Of a DNA stretch of 40,301 bases, positions 38,348 through 40,301 are shown piece by piece. The notes beneath the pieces are model-generated. The model made no database searches, had not been told where the DNA came from, and saw only the letters and a program-made list of their open reading frames with translations. The stretch lies in assembly GCA_041640435.1 (NCBI GenBank), contig JBEQAH010000001.1, positions 1 to 40,301 of the forward strand, written 5' to 3'. Numbering within the stretch: position 1 is the stretch's first letter; every line of letters begins with the position of its first letter. The DNA is from a bacterium (GTDB taxonomy: Bacteria > Sysuimicrobiota > Sysuimicrobiia > Sysuimicrobiales > Sysuimicrobiaceae). Position numbers and translations under genes: made by a program.

Positions 38348-39532
38348 TCAGGCCCGGGCCGCCTCCTCCTGGCGGTCCGGGAGGCCCGAACGGACCGGCT
38401 TCCCCGCCGCCTGCCAGGCGAAGATGCCGCCCGCAAGATTCAGGACCCGGTCGTATCCCCGCTCCCGCAGCCACTGGGTCACCTTGCCGCTGCGCTGCCC
38501 GGACGCGCAGTAGATGATGGCGGTGCGGTCCCGGGGGATCTCCCCGTACCGCGCCTCCACCTCACCCATGGGGATCCAGCGCATCCCTTCAATGTGGGCC
38601 TGCGCCACCTCCCACGCCTCCCGCACGTCCACCAGCACCGCACCCTGCGCCAGCAGGGCGTCCACCTCGGCCACGGTGACCTCCGCGGGCCTGGCCTGGG
38701 CGGCCTCGGGCTCCAGCCGGGCCGTGGGGACGCCGCAGAACGCCTCGTAGTCGATGAGCTCCCGGATGGTGGGCCGGTCGCCGCACACGGGGCAGTCGGG
38801 GTTGCGCGACCACCGGACGAAGCGGATCTCGGCGGTCAGGGCGTCGAACAGCATCATTCGGTTGGCCAGGGTCTCGCCCACACCCAGGAGGATCTTGATG
38901 GCCTCCAGCGCCTGGTGGGTGCCCAAGAAACCCGCCACCGCACCCACGATGCCCGCCTCCGCGCACGAAGGGACGGCCCCGGGCGGCGGGGGGCTCGGGA
39001 ACAGGCAACGGTAGCAGCCCCGACCGGGAAGGAAGGTGGTGGCCTGGCCTTCCCACCTCAGGATGGCGGCGTCCACCAGCGGCTTTCCGAGCAGGACGCA
39101 GGCGTCGTTCACCAGGTAGCGGGTCGGGAAGTTGTCGCAGCCGTTCACCACAACGTCGTACTGCGACAGGATCTCCAGGGCGTTCTGTGAGGTCAGGGCC
39201 GTCTGGTGGGTGATGACCTCCACGTCGGGGTTGATGTCCTCCAGGGTCCGGCGGGCCGACTGGGTCTTGGGGCGACCCACGTCGTGGGTGAAGTGCAGGA
39301 TCTGCCGCTGGAGGTTCGTGAGATCGACCCGGTCTCCGTCCACGATCCCCAGGGTGCCCACCCCGGCCGCGGCCAGGTACAGGGCCGCGGGGGAGCCCAG
39401 CCCGCCTGCACCCACCACGAGCACCCGGCTTTCGAGGAGCTTGCGCTGCCCCGCCACCCCCACCTCCTCGAGGAGGATCTGGCGGGAGTAGCGCTCCAGC
39501 TGTTCTTCGGTCAGCACACGTGTTGTCGCCAT
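38348..39532 (-). CDS. MoeB/ThiF-type adenylyltransferase fused to a rhodanese domain (MoeZ/MoeBR-like sulfur-carrier E1)
   Basis: Motifs are RYSRQILL and VVGAGGLGSPAALYLAAAGVG. The two Zn CxxC pairs are CYRC and CPVC. The C-terminal rhodanese active-site loop is IIYCASGQRSGK. Confidence 0.9.
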   Translation of the reverse strand: MATTRVLTEEQLERYSRQILLEEVGVAGQRKLLESRVLVVGAGGLGSPAALYLAAAGVGTLGIVDGDRVDLTNLQRQILHFTHDVGRPKTQSARRTLEDINPDVEVITHQTALTSQNALEILSQYDVVVNGCDNFPTRYLVNDACVLLGKPLVDAAILRWEGQATTFLPGRGCYRCLFPSPPPPGAVPSCAEAGIVGAVAGFLGTHQALEAIKILLGVGETLANRMMLFDALTAEIRFVRWSRNPDCPVCGDRPTIRELIDYEAFCGVPTARLEPEAAQARPAEVTVAEVDALLAQGAVLVDVREAWEVAQAHIEGMRWIPMGEVEARYGEIPRDRTAIIYCASGQRSGKVTQWLRERGYDRVLNLAGGIFAWQAAGKPVRSGLPDRQEEAARA

Positions 39533-39683
39533 GGGCGTTCCCCCAAACTCCTACGCACCTTATCTGTTATCTCCGGATTGTTTCTGAAGGCAAAGTCGCG
39601 GGGGTCCCTCCCCGGAGCGAGGTTACCCCCGCCGGGGACAGATGCACTCGCGGGGTTTGCAGCGGCCCTTCATGTCCGCTAGA

Positions 39684-39712
39684 AGCGTACCTGAGCCCCG
39701 CACCCGTGTCAA
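39684..39712 (-). promoter_or_regulatory. possible promoter for moeZ-like gene / leader (TTGACA-N17-TACGCT)
   Basis: The minus strand has a perfect TTGACA (39712-39707), a 17-nt spacer and TACGCT (39689-39684). This would give a ~140-nt leader before the ATG at 39532. Confidence 0.35.
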
Positions 39713-39728
39713 ACCGCCCTGGGGTCTC

Positions 39729-39737
39729 TGCTACAAT
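39729..39737 (+). promoter_or_regulatory. extended -10 element TGCTACAAT upstream of the ferredoxin-NADP reductase gene
   Basis: This 9-mer is identical to the one at 37812-37820. It lies 33 nt upstream of ATG 39770, which has the RBS GGGAGG at 39758-39763. The -35 is poor. Confidence 0.4.
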
Positions 39738-39769
39738 GGCCGCGGAGCGCGCGGGCAACGGGAGGCGCC

Positions 39770-40301
39770 ATGGACCTGTACGACATCACCATCATCGGAG
39801 CGGGGCCCACAGGCCTGTACGCGGCCTACTACGCGGGCTTTCGGGCGCTGCGGACCAAGATCGTGGACAGTCAGTCGGACCTGGGAGGACAGGTCACCGC
39901 CCTGTACCCGGACAAGTACATCTACGACGTGGCCGGGTTCCCCAAAATCCTGGGCAAGGATCTGATCCGCAACCAGGTGGAGCAGGCGATGCAGTACGAG
40001 CCCACGGTGGTCCTCAACGAGCGGGTGGACCGCCTGGAGCGCCTTGGGGACGGGAACTACCGTCTGGTCACGCACACGGGCCAGGAGCATTTTACCCGGG
40101 TCGTGTTGATCACCGCGGGGATCGGCGCCTTCACCCCCAAAAAGTACAACCGGCCCGAGCTGGACCGCTACGAAGGAAGAGGGTTGCACTTCGCGGTGCG
40201 CAACCGGGAGGACTTCCGAGACCGGCGGGTCCTGGTGGTGGGGGGAGGCGACAGCGCCCTGGACTGGGCGCTGAACCTCCTGCCCCTGGTGCGGGAACTC
40301 A
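39770..40301 (+). CDS. thioredoxin-reductase-like ferredoxin-NADP+ reductase (YumC type), 3' end outside window
   Basis: Not in the track because there is no stop in the window. My translation from ATG 39770 reads MDLYDITIIGAGPTGLYAAYYAG...LGGQVTALYPDKYIYDVAGFPKI...VLVVGGGDSALDWA. It stays open to the window end. Confidence 0.85.
   Translation, partial: MDLYDITIIGAGPTGLYAAYYAGFRALRTKIVDSQSDLGGQVTALYPDKYIYDVAGFPKILGKDLIRNQVEQAMQYEPTVVLNERVDRLERLGDGNYRLVTHTGQEHFTRVVLITAGIGAFTPKKYNRPELDRYEGRGLHFAVRNREDFRDRRVLVVGGGDSALDWALNLLPLVREL

Overview
This is a very GC-rich (roughly 68-70%) bacterial chromosomal window. It is densely packed with about 35 protein-coding genes. I found no rRNA, tRNA, CRISPR array, transposase or integrase. 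All family calls come from reading the supplied translations and my own translations for motifs; no BLAST or HMM search was possible.

Gene content from left to right:
- (1) A LytS-type histidine kinase is translationally coupled to a cNMP-binding/CBS/DUF294 nucleotidyltransferase. This pair lies divergent from a short-chain carboxylate module: DUF4212 small subunit, a sodium:solute symporter, a PrpE-like ligase and a canonical acetyl-CoA synthetase.
- (2) DinB-like and PHP phosphoesterase genes, followed by a MoaD-MoaE fusion.
- (3) A Liv/HAAT-type ABC transporter with an acyl-CoA synthetase gene embedded in it. It is split into two convergent halves.
- (4) A roughly 21 kb co-directional minus-strand run. 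It contains: IscA-Nfu; RtcB; an acyl-CoA dehydrogenase; a two-gene split MetE; an SRPBCC protein with poly-arginine termini; a glycosyltransferase remnant; MalQ-GlgB-GlgX-alpha-glucosidase; Mrp/ApbC; an aldehyde dehydrogenase; a secreted LptA/OstA-like protein; a DUF2090 aldolase-like protein; a Zn-ADH; and LivK/LivF.
- (5) YjbQ, a MoeB/MoeZ-rhodanese E1 enzyme and a TrxR-type ferredoxin-NADP reductase.

Genome style:
- Many gene junctions are 4-nt GTGA/ATGA overlaps.
- Two short intergenic regions carry near-consensus sigma-70-type promoters, including an apparently leaderless iscA.
- Long antisense ORFs in the track (up to 911 aa) are the usual high-GC artefact.

The most promising non-standard items are:
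- the response-regulator-less kinase/DUF294 pair next to two acyl-CoA synthetases;
- the split MetE pair with the coupled poly-Arg SRPBCC protein;
- the secreted LptA-like gene embedded in a cytosolic aldehyde/alcohol operon;
- the ABC importer with an embedded CoA ligase.

None of these is proven novel from sequence alone.
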